Assembly: GCF_001194135.2 (NCBI RefSeq)
Contig: NC_068994.1
Span: forward strand, 9,583,713 to 9,647,259
Direction: 5' to 3'
Length of the DNA stretch: 63,547 nucleotides
From: Octopus bimaculoides
Lineage: Eukaryota
Below the pieces are notes generated by a model. The model searched no databases. It saw nothing but the letters and a program-made list of their open reading frames with translations, and was not told the DNA's origin. Positions 12,726-24,815 of this stretch are shown here, one piece after another. Both the position numbers and the translations under genes were made by a program. Position 1 is the stretch's first letter. Each line of letters starts with the position of its first letter.

Positions 12726-13543
12726 GTATGTATGCTTTTATGTATGTCTTCTCACGAATATATTTTCATATTTAGACATGCGCATGTATAGTTATATGAC
12801 AAACTTCTGGAAAGCTCTACAGAATTTTACAATTACAATGATGAGTTGGATCTGTAGTCTTCGAATTAGCTTTCTCCTTTCTGGTTTTCAGAACCCAATT
12901 TCTCAAGAATAGTATTTAGGCAGTCTGTTATATATCCCAGCACACCAATAATTATAGGTATAAAACTGAACTTGTAATCTGGATAGAGTAACTATAGATT
13001 TCTCAATAGGTCAGCGTACGTTTTTTTAATTATTTACTGACGCGTAGCTTTATGGTAACATCCTCTGGGCATCCGCTGATTTACACAGATGTACACAGTT
13101 TCTCTTCTTTATTGCAAACATTGTAGCAGGTCTAATTTGTTTACGTTTCATAGACGTTTTCACTAGGATATTCCACTCGTACACGTTTTTTTTTCTTTTA
13201 TTATGCGTGGTTATGGCACCCACCATACATTGGATTCATTTGTATGTATGTAGGTATGTATGTATTTTGTATGTAGGCCTACGAACACGCACATAGTACG
13301 AAAAGTAGAGATTTTGTAAATATGGGCCGTTACTCCTGTTAGTAACTCAAAGGAAATACTGGCAAACCGTATTCATTTGATCAGCAACAAATGTCACTCA
13401 ATACCAATGGTTCGGATAGGTCACCTTGTTAACATATATAATGTATACGTGGAAGAGACAGGACATTCAGCCTGGCTGTAACGTTTATCACAACAATATC
13501 AGAAAGGTCAACATGTAAATGTATGAGTATATATATACATATA

Positions 13544-13791
13544 GGCGCAGGAGAGGCTGTGTGGTAACTAGCTGGCTTACCAACCACATGGCTCCGGGTT
13601 CAGTCCCACTGCATAGCACCTTGGGCAAGTGTCTTCTATTATAGCATCGGGCCGATCAAATCCTTGACCCCCCACCTCCAACATCGCTTGACAACCGATG
13701 CTGGTGTGTTTACGTCCCCGCTAATTAGCGGTTCGGCAAGAGAGTCCTATAGAATACGTTCCAGGCTTACAACGAATAAGTCCTGGTGTCG

Positions 13792-13793
<2 letters not shown>
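13544..13793 (+). mobile_element. SINE family A with internal deletion and truncated tail
   Basis: The head and 3' module are present. The gtgagtggatttggtagacggaaactg segment and the microsatellite are missing. Confidence 0.9.
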
Positions 13794-13848
<55 letters not shown>

Positions 13849-15279
13849 TTTGTGTGTATGTATGTATAATCTAACTGTCCAGTATTTAACAATTTATCTG
13901 AGACAACACACCGTGCGATACGTTCGTATTAAATTGAATTTGACTTTAGAGAAATTTGTCCTACATTTAGCAGATTCTTTCAACGCACAGAGACAACTGC
14001 GTTGTCGCCTATATATATACATACATACATATATATACATGAATATTGTTCATGTTTGAAGCAACGTTTGAAGTGCTTCCAGTGTTCAACTTTTATATTA
14101 TTACTCATTTTGATCAAAGTTACGAATGGAATGAAATATTTCGACTAAAAAATATTAAAATGCAACTAATTTAGGCGTTGCTATAAAAATCGCTTTTCAT
14201 CGTGAAATTTTTTTCAAATTTTGTTGCGTTAAATGCATTTGTACTTTTACGATTCTCTACAGTCAATATTTACCAATTACTATCAACTAGCTAACATAGT
14301 AAAAAAAACGAGAATATATCGATGGAATAGATCAGTGGAGAATGTTGATTTGTCTTTATATATTTTATCAGAATGTTTATATATTTCTCCCCTGTATTAT
14401 TTTCCTTTGAATATGTTTATGTGTTTTATTTTATCGTGTTAAAGAATGGTGAAATAAATTTCAAAAAATTTGATATCAGAATATTAATCGATGTTTTACA
14501 TGTGTGTATGAGTGTGTGTTTGTATCTGTATGCAATTATCCATATATATATATATGTAGGTACGTATGTGTATATTATATATATTTATTTCTATATATAC
14601 ATATGTATATATATATGTATATATATATATGTATTTATATATATATATATATATATATATNNNNNNNNNNNNNNNNNNNNNNNNNNNNNNNNNNNNNNNN
14701 NNNNNNNNNNNNNNNNNNNNNNNNNNNNNNNNATATACATGCATAAATAAATGCAATAGTAAAGAAAGCGTTTTGACGGTGAAATTTGTTGTTTTATTCT
14801 TTTGCGCGTTTCAGTAATGCCGATGACGTCATGCTGAAATGCTGCTTATATCTTGGAATTATTTATGGCACACATTTGCATGAGAACAAGAAGGCGCTGA
14901 GAGAATTATTTTTAACCGATGAGGTAAAACTTCGACATACATAAAAAATGCAGGATATATCTGAGAGATATATATGAGAATACATTATATCCTCTCCTAA
15001 ACTTTAACAGTAAATAAATATTAAGTTGATGTTGCTTACTTGCGTGTGGCACTTTGTTATGTACCCGTATGTTAAAATCCACCTTACATTGATTACCAGT
15101 TCTTTTCTCTATCACGAACTGCAACATAACATGGTGTAATATATCCTCCATTTTCGAAGGCAAGTGTTCACAAACATTCAAGTATATGTTCTCTCCTCCT
15201 CTCTCTCACCTGAACACATATACACATTTATACAATCACACCCACTCACATATTTATCCCTTTGTATGTTTGTGTGTAT

Positions 15280-15339
<60 letters not shown>

Positions 15340-15342
<3 letters not shown>

Positions 15343-15738
15343 TTGTCTCAGTCATTTGACTGTGGTCATGCTGGACCACAGCTGTTAGTCCAGCAAATCG
15401 ACCTCAGGACTTATTGTTTGGAAGCCTAGTACTTCTTCTATCGACTCTTTTGCCGAACCGCTAAGATATTGGGGACATAAACACACCGGCATCGGTTGTC
15501 AAGCGATGTTGTGTGGACAAACACATACACACAAATATATAGACACTTAAATATATATATATATAATCATATATACGACAGGATTCTTTCAGTTTCCGTT
15601 TACCAAATCCACTCACAAGGCTTTGACCGGCCCGAGGCTGCAGTAGAAGACACTTGCTCTGGGTACCAAGCAGTGGGACTGAAACCGGAACCATGTCGTT
15701 CGTAAGTAAGCTACGTACCCCTGTGTCACTCCTGCGCC
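15340..15738 (-). mobile_element. SINE family A, full length
   Basis: Reverse complement of the complete family A sequence including the tail (tcagtcatttgactgtggtcatgctgg). Confidence 0.92.
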
Positions 15739-15740
15739 TG

Positions 15741-15917
15741 GAAATCTGATACAGCTTGGCACCAGTCATATCGCAACTCATTACTATAGCTGAGTTAACT
15801 GGGCTGGAGCAACGTGAAATAAAGTGTCTTGTTGAAGAATACAACACGCAGCCCGATACTGAAATGGAACTCACAACATCACGACCGTAAGCTCGACACT
15901 CTAACCACTGAGCCTAA
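15741..15917 (-). mobile_element. tRNA-headed SINE, family B variant, 5' part
   Basis: Reverse complement reads ggctcagtggttagagtgtcgagcttacggtcgtgatgttgtgagttcc...aacaagacactttatttcacgttgctccag. Same head and conserved domain as 39350, but a different downstream sequence. Confidence 0.8.
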
Positions 15918-15918
15918 C

Positions 15919-15949
<31 letters not shown>

Positions 15950-16374
15950 AGTGTATTGCCACTTAAGTGTGGCTGACCCCAAGGGGTGGATGTTACTGTT
16001 GCTTTAGCCCCAAGAGGACATCTCCTCCAGCTGGCTTATCGACACACTACTATGTCCTGTTTGTTTTGCCAAGGGAAGTTATCCCTCTCATCGTGATCGT
16101 AGCATGAACGGACCCGGGTTTCAGGGTTAATTCTCTTCGTCAGCGTCCGATAGCTACCGACCTTCGATGAGAGATATAAATTCTTGGCAACCTTATGTAT
16201 ATTTTTCCAGTGAAATTNNNNNNNNNNNNNNNNNNNNNNNNNNNNNNNNNNNNATATATATACGTGTGTGTATTTGTGTAAGAAAAAGAAGGTTGATATT
16301 TGTGACTCAAAATGAATCGTTCCTCGCAAATTCGATAAAAATAAATATCGATAAGCAACATATACCAACGATTC

Positions 16375-16670
16375 GAAGACTGTGTTGTGAAAGGGGTTAG
16401 TGAATAGGCCGTGTAAAGTTACAATGTTCCAAAATAGCAGAAGCTGAAACTAAGCTTAGGCACAATAATGTGGCTAGCAACATATCTGTATTTTAAGGTA
16501 GAGGCCAAATGACATAAGCAAATACACAAGAAGTCATAAGGAATACCAAAATTAGAATTCTCTGGGATTTTAAAATGCAACTTCAGCATGTGATAAGACA
16601 CAGAATGCCAGATGTCCTGTTTTTGTACAAGAAATATGGAAAATGTAACTAATTATATATTGTGGATTCG
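16375..16670 (+). mobile_element. R4/Dong-like LINE fragment (decayed CCHC finger and RLE start)
   Basis: Manual translation across frameshifts: RRLCCERG...QCSKIAEAETKLRHNNVA...NTKIRILWDFKMQLQHVIRHRMPDVLFLYKKYGKCN*LYIVD. This matches the RLE consensus CRLC..C..RHNxVA..KILWDFxIQTDxxIxHxRPDIV...IID. Not in the ORF track. Confidence 0.85.
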
Positions 16671-17258
16671 TATCTGTTTACTTTATCCACTGGAAAGTAT
16701 TTGGCTTATATTCCTCTAGTTGAGATTCTAAACATATTTAGCTCTAGTATAGCAAGTTTATTAATGTTTCCGGAGGAGATATAGAAAGTGTTTCCTTTGT
16801 TGCTTTATCAGATAACTGGAATTTCTTCTTTTCACACCAAAAATCTACCGAAAGTTCTCTAAAAACAAGATTAAAATGCTTTTCGATTGACATTGGATTT
16901 CGATTAACATTGTATTAGGAAAACATATATAAACATTATATAAGACAAATTGTGGTCAATATTCTAAATTTCTTTGCATATGCTATGACCCAACTACTTC
17001 CTCCAGACTTTGATTGCCTGTCGATGTATCACCAGTGAGGCAGACATCATGCCATCCCATGTTATTGGCTTTCGCTAAAAGAAAATACAGGAGGAGCAGT
17101 TAATTATGATTTATTCAGCAAATTCGCCTCTTAGACTCACCCACTTATTTCACTGGTCCTTCAGTTTTTATAAGCCCTGAAAATAACTTGAATTTCACGA
17201 TACTCTTAAAGCAAGGAATTTTCAGAACCCTATCATATATATATGTATGAACACCAAT

Positions 17259-17261
<3 letters not shown>

Positions 17262-17350
<89 letters not shown>
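17262..17350. repeat. (GT)n microsatellite, about 44 units
   Basis: Directly visible. Confidence 0.98.
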
Positions 17351-17353
<3 letters not shown>

Positions 17354-17369
17354 TGTGTCATTATTCAGT

Positions 17370-17445
17370 TATGTTTGAAGGTTGCTTGCCAATAGAGAAA
17401 GAGCCAGTTTCTAAGCTAGTATTTCAACATCAACAGGGTATGTTT
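17370..17445 (+). repeat. Unclassified dispersed repeat, copy 2
   Basis: caatagagaaagagccagtttctaagctagtatttcaacatca; see 12635. Confidence 0.6.
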
Positions 17446-18359
17446 GTATGTATGTATTGGGGGCAGATTTTTGTATACATGCATGCATGAATTTATATGT
17501 GTATATCTACTTACTGTGCATACATATATACGCGGATAGTATAAGTGTACAAATATTGGTTTCAACAAATAGAATTTATAGCGTTAATTCGTGCATTATT
17601 TTTACCTCACATACTTCGCAGTACAAGATCCTGGACGATATCCATTTACTGCACGTCAATTAACATGCTGCTAGTAAGAGCATCTTCTTTAAAGACATAC
17701 TATTACGACATCACTGTACTTCCCACTCGAGAATCAGGGACACATAATCTTCTATTCTTTTAGCAGAGAATTTATTGAATCACATGCCCTAAAATTGGCG
17801 ATAGGCCGAAAGCGTAATGACTTAAATAGAAACGTTTGCTAATACAAATTGATAAATTTCATAAATAACACCAAACCGGTTAACACTAAGGCATTAGAGC
17901 AATCAACGAAAATGTCACCTAGCTTCTACAGCGATAACAATCCATTAACCTTAGATACTAATCCTTTAGGCTTTCAGACGCATACACACAACACACGTAT
18001 ATCTGTATATATATATGTGTGTGTATGTACATATTTATATAAAATATTTATGCTTAAACACACACATACATATATGTGTCCGTGCGTGTATGTGTGTTGG
18101 TGTGTGTAGCATGGACTACTCTACAGGGTCTCGACTTAATAACCATTAATTATATTAAAAGTTCAAATTCAATTTGGAAGGAAAGGGATGTACCAATAAC
18201 ACTGGATTTAGCCGTAAAGTACCGCTCCTTCGTTCTTGTATATATATTCTCCACATGGCATAATCCATATACGATTTAATGCATTCCAAATACGTTCACG
18301 ATGCCGAATACATTTGCCGTTAAAAGCAACATTAGAAGCTTAATGCTTTTACACCAGCT

Positions 18360-18403
<44 letters not shown>

Positions 18404-18620
18404 TGTGTGCGCGTGTGGGCGTATGTGAATGTGTATGTGTGTGTGTGTGTGCGTGTGCATGTGCATGTGCATGTGTGTGTTCGGATAGATTGTGTGTACA
18501 TCCTAGCTGTGTTAGGATGTACATTTTATCTCTATTGATATGAAAAGAAAGTTACTCAAGCCATTGTATCAAACATGTATACATTCGTGACCCTGTCTCT
18601 TCCTCTACACACAAATATAC

Positions 18621-18660
<40 letters not shown>

Positions 18661-18741
18661 CATTGTGATTTCCACTTCTTTACAAGTGATGGCCATCTCT
18701 TCATGTATTAGAAGCCACAACAATAATTATATGATGTATTA

Positions 18742-18948
18742 TGGTGTTGAGCTAACAGAATCATTAGCACGCCAGGCAAAATACTTAGTGATATTTCGTG
18801 CGTTATTAGTTCAAATTCCACCGAGGTGAACTCAGCATTTCATCCCTGCGATTAGGTGTCTTATGTTGAACATAAAGCACTGGGGTCGACCTAATCGACT
18901 TATCTCACTGCTCCGAAATTATTAGCTCTGTGTCAAAATTTGAAATGA
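18742..18948 (+). mobile_element. SINE family C, full length, diverged
   Basis: gagctaacagaatcattagcacgccaggcaaaatacttag head, gttcaaattccaccgaggt B-box and gcactggggtcgacctaatcgact core. Confidence 0.85.
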
Positions 18949-20121
18949 GTAATCTGATGCAGAATTGCTTCTTTTCTTTTTTGTGTGTGTGTATGCGTCA
19001 ACTGTTCTCATGAAAATGGAAGAAAGAAAACCGAAACGATAGGTGTGAAGTTCCCAGTAATGTCTGCAGATAACCTTATGAAATACATCCAAAAACTTGC
19101 TTTCATATTTATTTAACAGAATATTTCAATTTGGTAAACTAAACAATGTCAGAATATAAAATAAAATCAAACTAATGAGGAAACCTAATACGTTTATCTC
19201 ACAAAATTTCAACGAGAACTAAAAAATTGTCTAAATTTCAGCGAAACATTTTAAAATTATCGATCATTTAGAACTGCTTCTTTAAATTACTTTTTGTGCC
19301 ACGCTTATAATTAATATTTATCACTAAATTTGGAGCATTTTTTAATAGAAATAAAAGAGAAAAATTTTGTAGATAGTGGATATTATCATGAGGATATGAA
19401 TCAAAGACGAAAAACGACATAAAAACCGTATTACGTTGACTCTATACGGTTTAGGACTGTCTGGCTTTCCTATGTCTATGTACCTGTTAGTCTTTTCCGT
19501 CACTTTCGGCAGAACTCAGCAGGCAATGATCATAGTACCGTGATTTGTCAGGTCTTCTTATGTAGGAATTTAGACCTACATGTTGACATCTGGGATTAGT
19601 AACCGTGCCCTCGGTTTCACACGGTACGCATAAATTCGAGGGCAAAAAGGAGGAATTTCGTAATTCCTCTTGACAGATACTGCAGCAAGATAGAGAATGT
19701 GCAGTCTTTCGCGTATATGTACATGTATGTATGTATGTATGTATGGATGGATGGATGGATGGATGGATGAATGAATGGATGGATGTGTGTATGTATGCAT
19801 GTATGTACACACAGATATATATAGATATATATACATAACACACACACACAACTACACTAACACAAGTATTTCTTGTAGTTTATTGATTATTGAGAGTTCG
19901 AAGCGGCCATTATTTTCGGCTCAGCATAGGATGTGCATACAGACGATTTTCTTTTCCATGCATGATTACAAGTACACATATACATACGCTAACACACAGA
20001 CGCACCCAGATACACACACAGACATGTGCTTACACGCATACAAAAGCGCATATAGAAACCGCTTGGGCGCCCGCTTACGTACTAGGAAAGATATACACGT
20101 ATATAAATACACACAGACATT

Positions 20122-20162
<41 letters not shown>

Positions 20163-20200
20163 GTGTGTATAGATATATACATATAAACATATAAACACAA

Positions 20201-20233
<33 letters not shown>

Positions 20234-21503
20234 TAGATAGATAGATAGATAGATGTATAGATAGATAGATATATAAACATATATATATACATGTAAACAT
20301 ATATGTATATATATAAATATATATATATATATATNNNNNNNNNNNNNNNNNNNNNNNNNNNNNNNNNNNNNNNNNNNNNNNNNNNNNNNNNNNNNNNNNN
20401 NNNNNNNNNNNNNNNNNNNNNNNNNNNNNNNNNNNNNNNNNNNNNNNNNNNNNNNNNNNNNNNNNNNNNNNNNNNNNNNNNNNNNNNNNNNNNNNNNNNN
20501 NNNNNNNNNNNNNNNNNNNNNNNNNNNNNNNNNNNNNNNNNNNNNNNNNNNNNNNNNNNNNNNNNNNNNNNNNNNNNNNNNNNNNNNNNNNNNNNNNNNN
20601 NNNNNNNNNNNNNNNNNNNNNNNNNNNNNNNNNNNNNNNNNNNNNNNNNNNNNNNNNNNNNNNNNNNNNNNNNNNNNNNNNNNNNNNNNNNNNNNNNNNN
20701 NNNNNNNNNNNNNNNNNNNNNNNNNNNNNNNNNNNNNNNNNNNNNNNNNNNNNNNNNNNNNNNNNNNNNNNNNNNNNNNNNNNNNNNNNNNNNNNNNNNN
20801 NNNNNNNNNNNNNNNNNNNNNNNNNNNNNNNNNNNNNNNNNNNNNNNNNNNNNNNNNNNNNNNNNNNNNNNNNNNNNNNNNNNNNNNNNNNNNNNNNNNN
20901 NNNNNNNNNNNNNNNNNNNNNNNNNNNNNNNNNNNNNNNNNNTATATATATATATATATATGCAGACATATATGACTTTTATTTTTGAAAGCAAATATCA
21001 ATGCAGATACAATTTTAATCGCTAAAAACCCAGCCTTCGCTTTTAAAGCTAATGGAAGCATCTACGGACAAAATCTTCAAAGTATTGTAATGTTTTTCCA
21101 TCAGCCATACTCGAAGACTGCAGATATTATAACAAATAGAACAAATGATTGGACAATATTTATTTTGTCTTTGATTCTTTTATTTTTCTGACTTTTTATT
21201 TTTCGATTGTTGCTTAAGCTACATTCTATGGACATTCGTGAGATTTACCTGTTGCTAAATATGGCAGTACTTTACGATAATTCTTCATTTCTATGTCTGA
21301 CTATGCACATGTACACACTCTGTCCTCTTTCTCTCACACGTACACACGCAAACCGACACGAACACACATAAAAACACACGCACTCACAACTGCACGCACA
21401 CCCGCACATTTATAAACATAACTATACACTTATGTGTGTGTATGCTCCTATATTTGTAGATAAATAGAGAAGTAGATAGAGATACATAGATACAGAGGAA
21501 TCG

Positions 21504-21535
<32 letters not shown>

Positions 21536-22789
21536 ATATANNNNNNNNNNNNNNNNNNNNNNNNNNNNNNNNNNNNNNNNNNNNNNNNNNNNNNNNNNNN
21601 NNNNNNNNNNNNNNNNNNNNNNNNNNNNNNNNNNNNNNNNNNNNNNNNNNNNNNNNNNNNNNNNNNNNNNNNNNNNNNNNNNNNNNNNNNNNNNNNNNNN
21701 NNNNNNNNNNNNNNNNNNNNNNNNNNNNNNNNNNNNNNNNNNNNNNNNNNNNNNNNNNNNNNNNNNNNNNNNNNNNNNNNNNNNNNNNNNNNNNNNNNNN
21801 NNNNNNNNNNNNNNNNNNNNNNNNNNNNNNNNNNNNNNNNNNNNNNNNNNNNNNNNNNNNNNNNNNNNNNNNNNNNNNNNNNNNNNNNNNNNNNNNNNNN
21901 NNNNNNNNNNNNNNNNNNNNNNNNNNNNNNNNNNNNNNNNNNNNNNNNNNNNNNNNNNNNNNNNNNNNNNNNNNNNNNNNNNNNNNNNNNNNNNNNNNNN
22001 NNNNNNNNNNNNNNNNNNNNNNNNNNNNNNNNNNNNNNNNNNNNNNNNNNNNNNNNNNNNNNNNNNNNNNNNNNNNNNNNNNNNNNNNNNNNNNNNNNNN
22101 NNNNNNNNNNNNNNNNNNNNNNNNNNNNNNNNNNNNNNNNNNNNNNNNNNNNNNNNNNNNNNNNNNNNNNNNNNNNNNNNNNNNNNNNNNNNNNNNNNNN
22201 NNNNNNNNNNNNNNNNNNNNNNNNNNNNNNNNNNNNNNNNNNNNNNNNNNNNNNNNNNNNNNNNNNNNNNNNNNNNNNNNNNNNAGAGAGAGAGAGAGAG
22301 AGAGAGAGATACACATATATATATAATATCAAGTATATATGTGTATGTGTATGTATGTATGTATGCATATATGTATGTGTGTATGTATGTATGTATGTAT
22401 GTGTCCTTAGAAGCCGATGCGTGTTGAGTTTGTATGTGTATACAGCGATATATATGTTTGTTATCTATTTAAATATATTCATAACGTCTGACGATTTGTT
22501 TTGCAATATTTTCTATCGACGGAGGACAAAAGTTTTCAGAGTTATTTTCGGAATCTCGTTATCTCTTTTCCTTCATATCTCTATCTTTCATTTAAATGTC
22601 TGTATACCTATTTATATTCCGATGTCCATCTGTACAAGGAATCCTATTCGCAATGACAAGAAGCTGGTTTCGATTCCATGAGGATTAAAATCATAAATAT
22701 TATATGCTATTCCGCATCGTTCCGACATATTTGAATATACGCAACTTATTCGCCCGGTTACTTCCTAAATATACATATACACGGTGGTG

Positions 22790-22825
22790 CACCAGCATGA
22801 CCGCAGCCACTTGGCTGAAACACAT
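22790..22825 (+). mobile_element. Isolated family A 3' tail
   Basis: ggtggtgcaccagcatgaccgcagccacttggctgaaaca resembles ggcggtgctccagcatggccgcagtcaaatgactgaaaca. Confidence 0.6.
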
Positions 22826-23020
22826 AAATAAATAAATAAAATACACAAACACATATACACACACACGCACACACAAACACACACAAGAATACACACTTAT
22901 GTTTTAATACATATATTCATGTGAGTAATGCCACACACGTCAACGTCATTGAAACATGCGCCAATACCATGGATTAGCCTCCTAGAAAAGATCCGTTGAA
23001 TTTCCAGGGAAAGGCGAACA

Positions 23021-23056
<36 letters not shown>

Positions 23057-23471
23057 GGAATAGTATAAAGCCTCATTTGTAGACTTACCCGGCGTAAAAG
23101 CACGGTATAAGGCTCCTGCTATATGTGTTTGCTTATCTCTCTCTTTCAACATATATATATANNNNNNNNNNNNNNNNNNNNNNNNNNNNNNNNNNNNNNN
23201 NNNNNNNNNNNNNNNNNNNNNNNNNNNNNNNNNNNNNNNNNNNNNNNNNNNNNNNNNNNNNNNNNNNNNNNNNNNNNNNNNNNNNNNNNNNNNNNNNNNN
23301 NNNNNNNNNNNNNNNNNNNNNNNNNNNNNNNNNNNNNNNNNNNNNNNNNNNNNNNNNNNNNNNNNNNNNNNNNNNNNNNNNNNNNNNNNNNNNNNNNNNN
23401 NNNNNNNNNNNNNNNNNNNNNNNNNNNNNNNNNNNNNNNNNNNNNNNNNNNNNTCCAGGGAAAGGCGAACA

Positions 23472-23511
<40 letters not shown>

Positions 23512-23527
23512 CATTTATGTATTATGT

Positions 23528-23590
23528 AGGCGCAGGAGCGTCTGTGTGGTAAGAAGTTTGCCTCCCAGCCAAATGGTTCCGGCTTCAATC
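23528..23590 (+). mobile_element. SINE family A, head only
   Basis: ggcgcaggagcgtctgtgtggtaagaagtttgcctcccagccaaatggttccggcttcaatc. Confidence 0.75.
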
Positions 23591-24222
23591 AATGTCTAAC
23601 AACAGCTGATAGTCTCGTGATTACGTGATACACACACACATGCAGGCACACAAACACACACACACACACATAAAATATACACATACACACACATGTATGT
23701 ATGTATAAGGAAATTTGAACGAACTTTCGTCCCTTAAATCCTGGTCATAAAACTTTAGGCAACGGGATACTGCGTTTGACGCGAGTGTAATGAAACTGAA
23801 CCGGCAAATACGTGATTCTACAGTAAAGTTCGTTATTGTTCAGCCATATCTAAGTTCATAGTGCCATTTGTCTTTCCTGTTAAAGAAGATTATACAAAGG
23901 TTTAATATTTAATGCCTCCTAAAGACATAAATGTCTCTACAGTATACAAACAACTGGCCTTTTAGTTACAGCCCATCATGGCCGCTACGTGCCACGCGTT
24001 CGCTACGTCATTTGTATTAGCTGTAATAGTTCTGTGAGAGATATCTAATACCAGAAACTATTAACCATAATGATTTCAATGCATTAACAGTGTAAATTAT
24101 AATAAATAAATTAGCGACAGGCTTAAGTGGCTTTACTGATTATAAGTGTTACATCATGTTACACCCTTAGATGTAACACTTACATTTAACTGCGCAGCCA
24201 CACTTTCTCTCCTATCTCTCTT

Positions 24223-24271
<49 letters not shown>

Positions 24272-24317
24272 TCAGCTCTTTGACACACGTATAAATGCAC
24301 GCATGCACATAGCAAAC

Positions 24318-24355
<38 letters not shown>

Positions 24356-24582
24356 ACTCTATTATATATATATANNNNNNNNNNNNNNNNNNNNNNNNNN
24401 NNNNNNNNNNNNNNNNNNNNNNNNNNNNNNNNNNNNNNNNNNNNNNNNNNNNNNNNNNNNNNNNNNNNNNNNNNNNNNNNNNNNNNNNNNNNNNNNNNNN
24501 NNNNNNNNNNNNNNNNNNNNNNNNNNNNNNNNNNNNNNNNNNNNNNNNNNNNNNNNNNNNNNNNNNNNNNNNNNNNNNNNNN

Positions 24583-24616
<34 letters not shown>

Positions 24617-24677
24617 TTAAACATAAACACGCATACACCCAAAGTGAAAATGGGAGAGATATAGTCAAAATTTGGAA

Positions 24678-24735
24678 GGTAGATAGATAGATAGATTGAT
24701 AGATCGATCGATCGATCGATAGCTAGCTAGCTAGC

Positions 24736-24809
<74 letters not shown>

Positions 24810-24815
24810 TATAGA
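24678..24815. repeat. Tetranucleotide tract (TAGA)n-(TCGA)n-(TAGC)n-(TAGA)n
   Basis: Directly visible. Confidence 0.95.

Noticed and set aside
19487-19849. Minus-strand ORF containing CSICQEEL, resembling a RING-finger start
   Set aside because: The remaining Cys/His ligands are not in RING spacing, the N-terminus is microsatellite, and there are no convincing splice sites.
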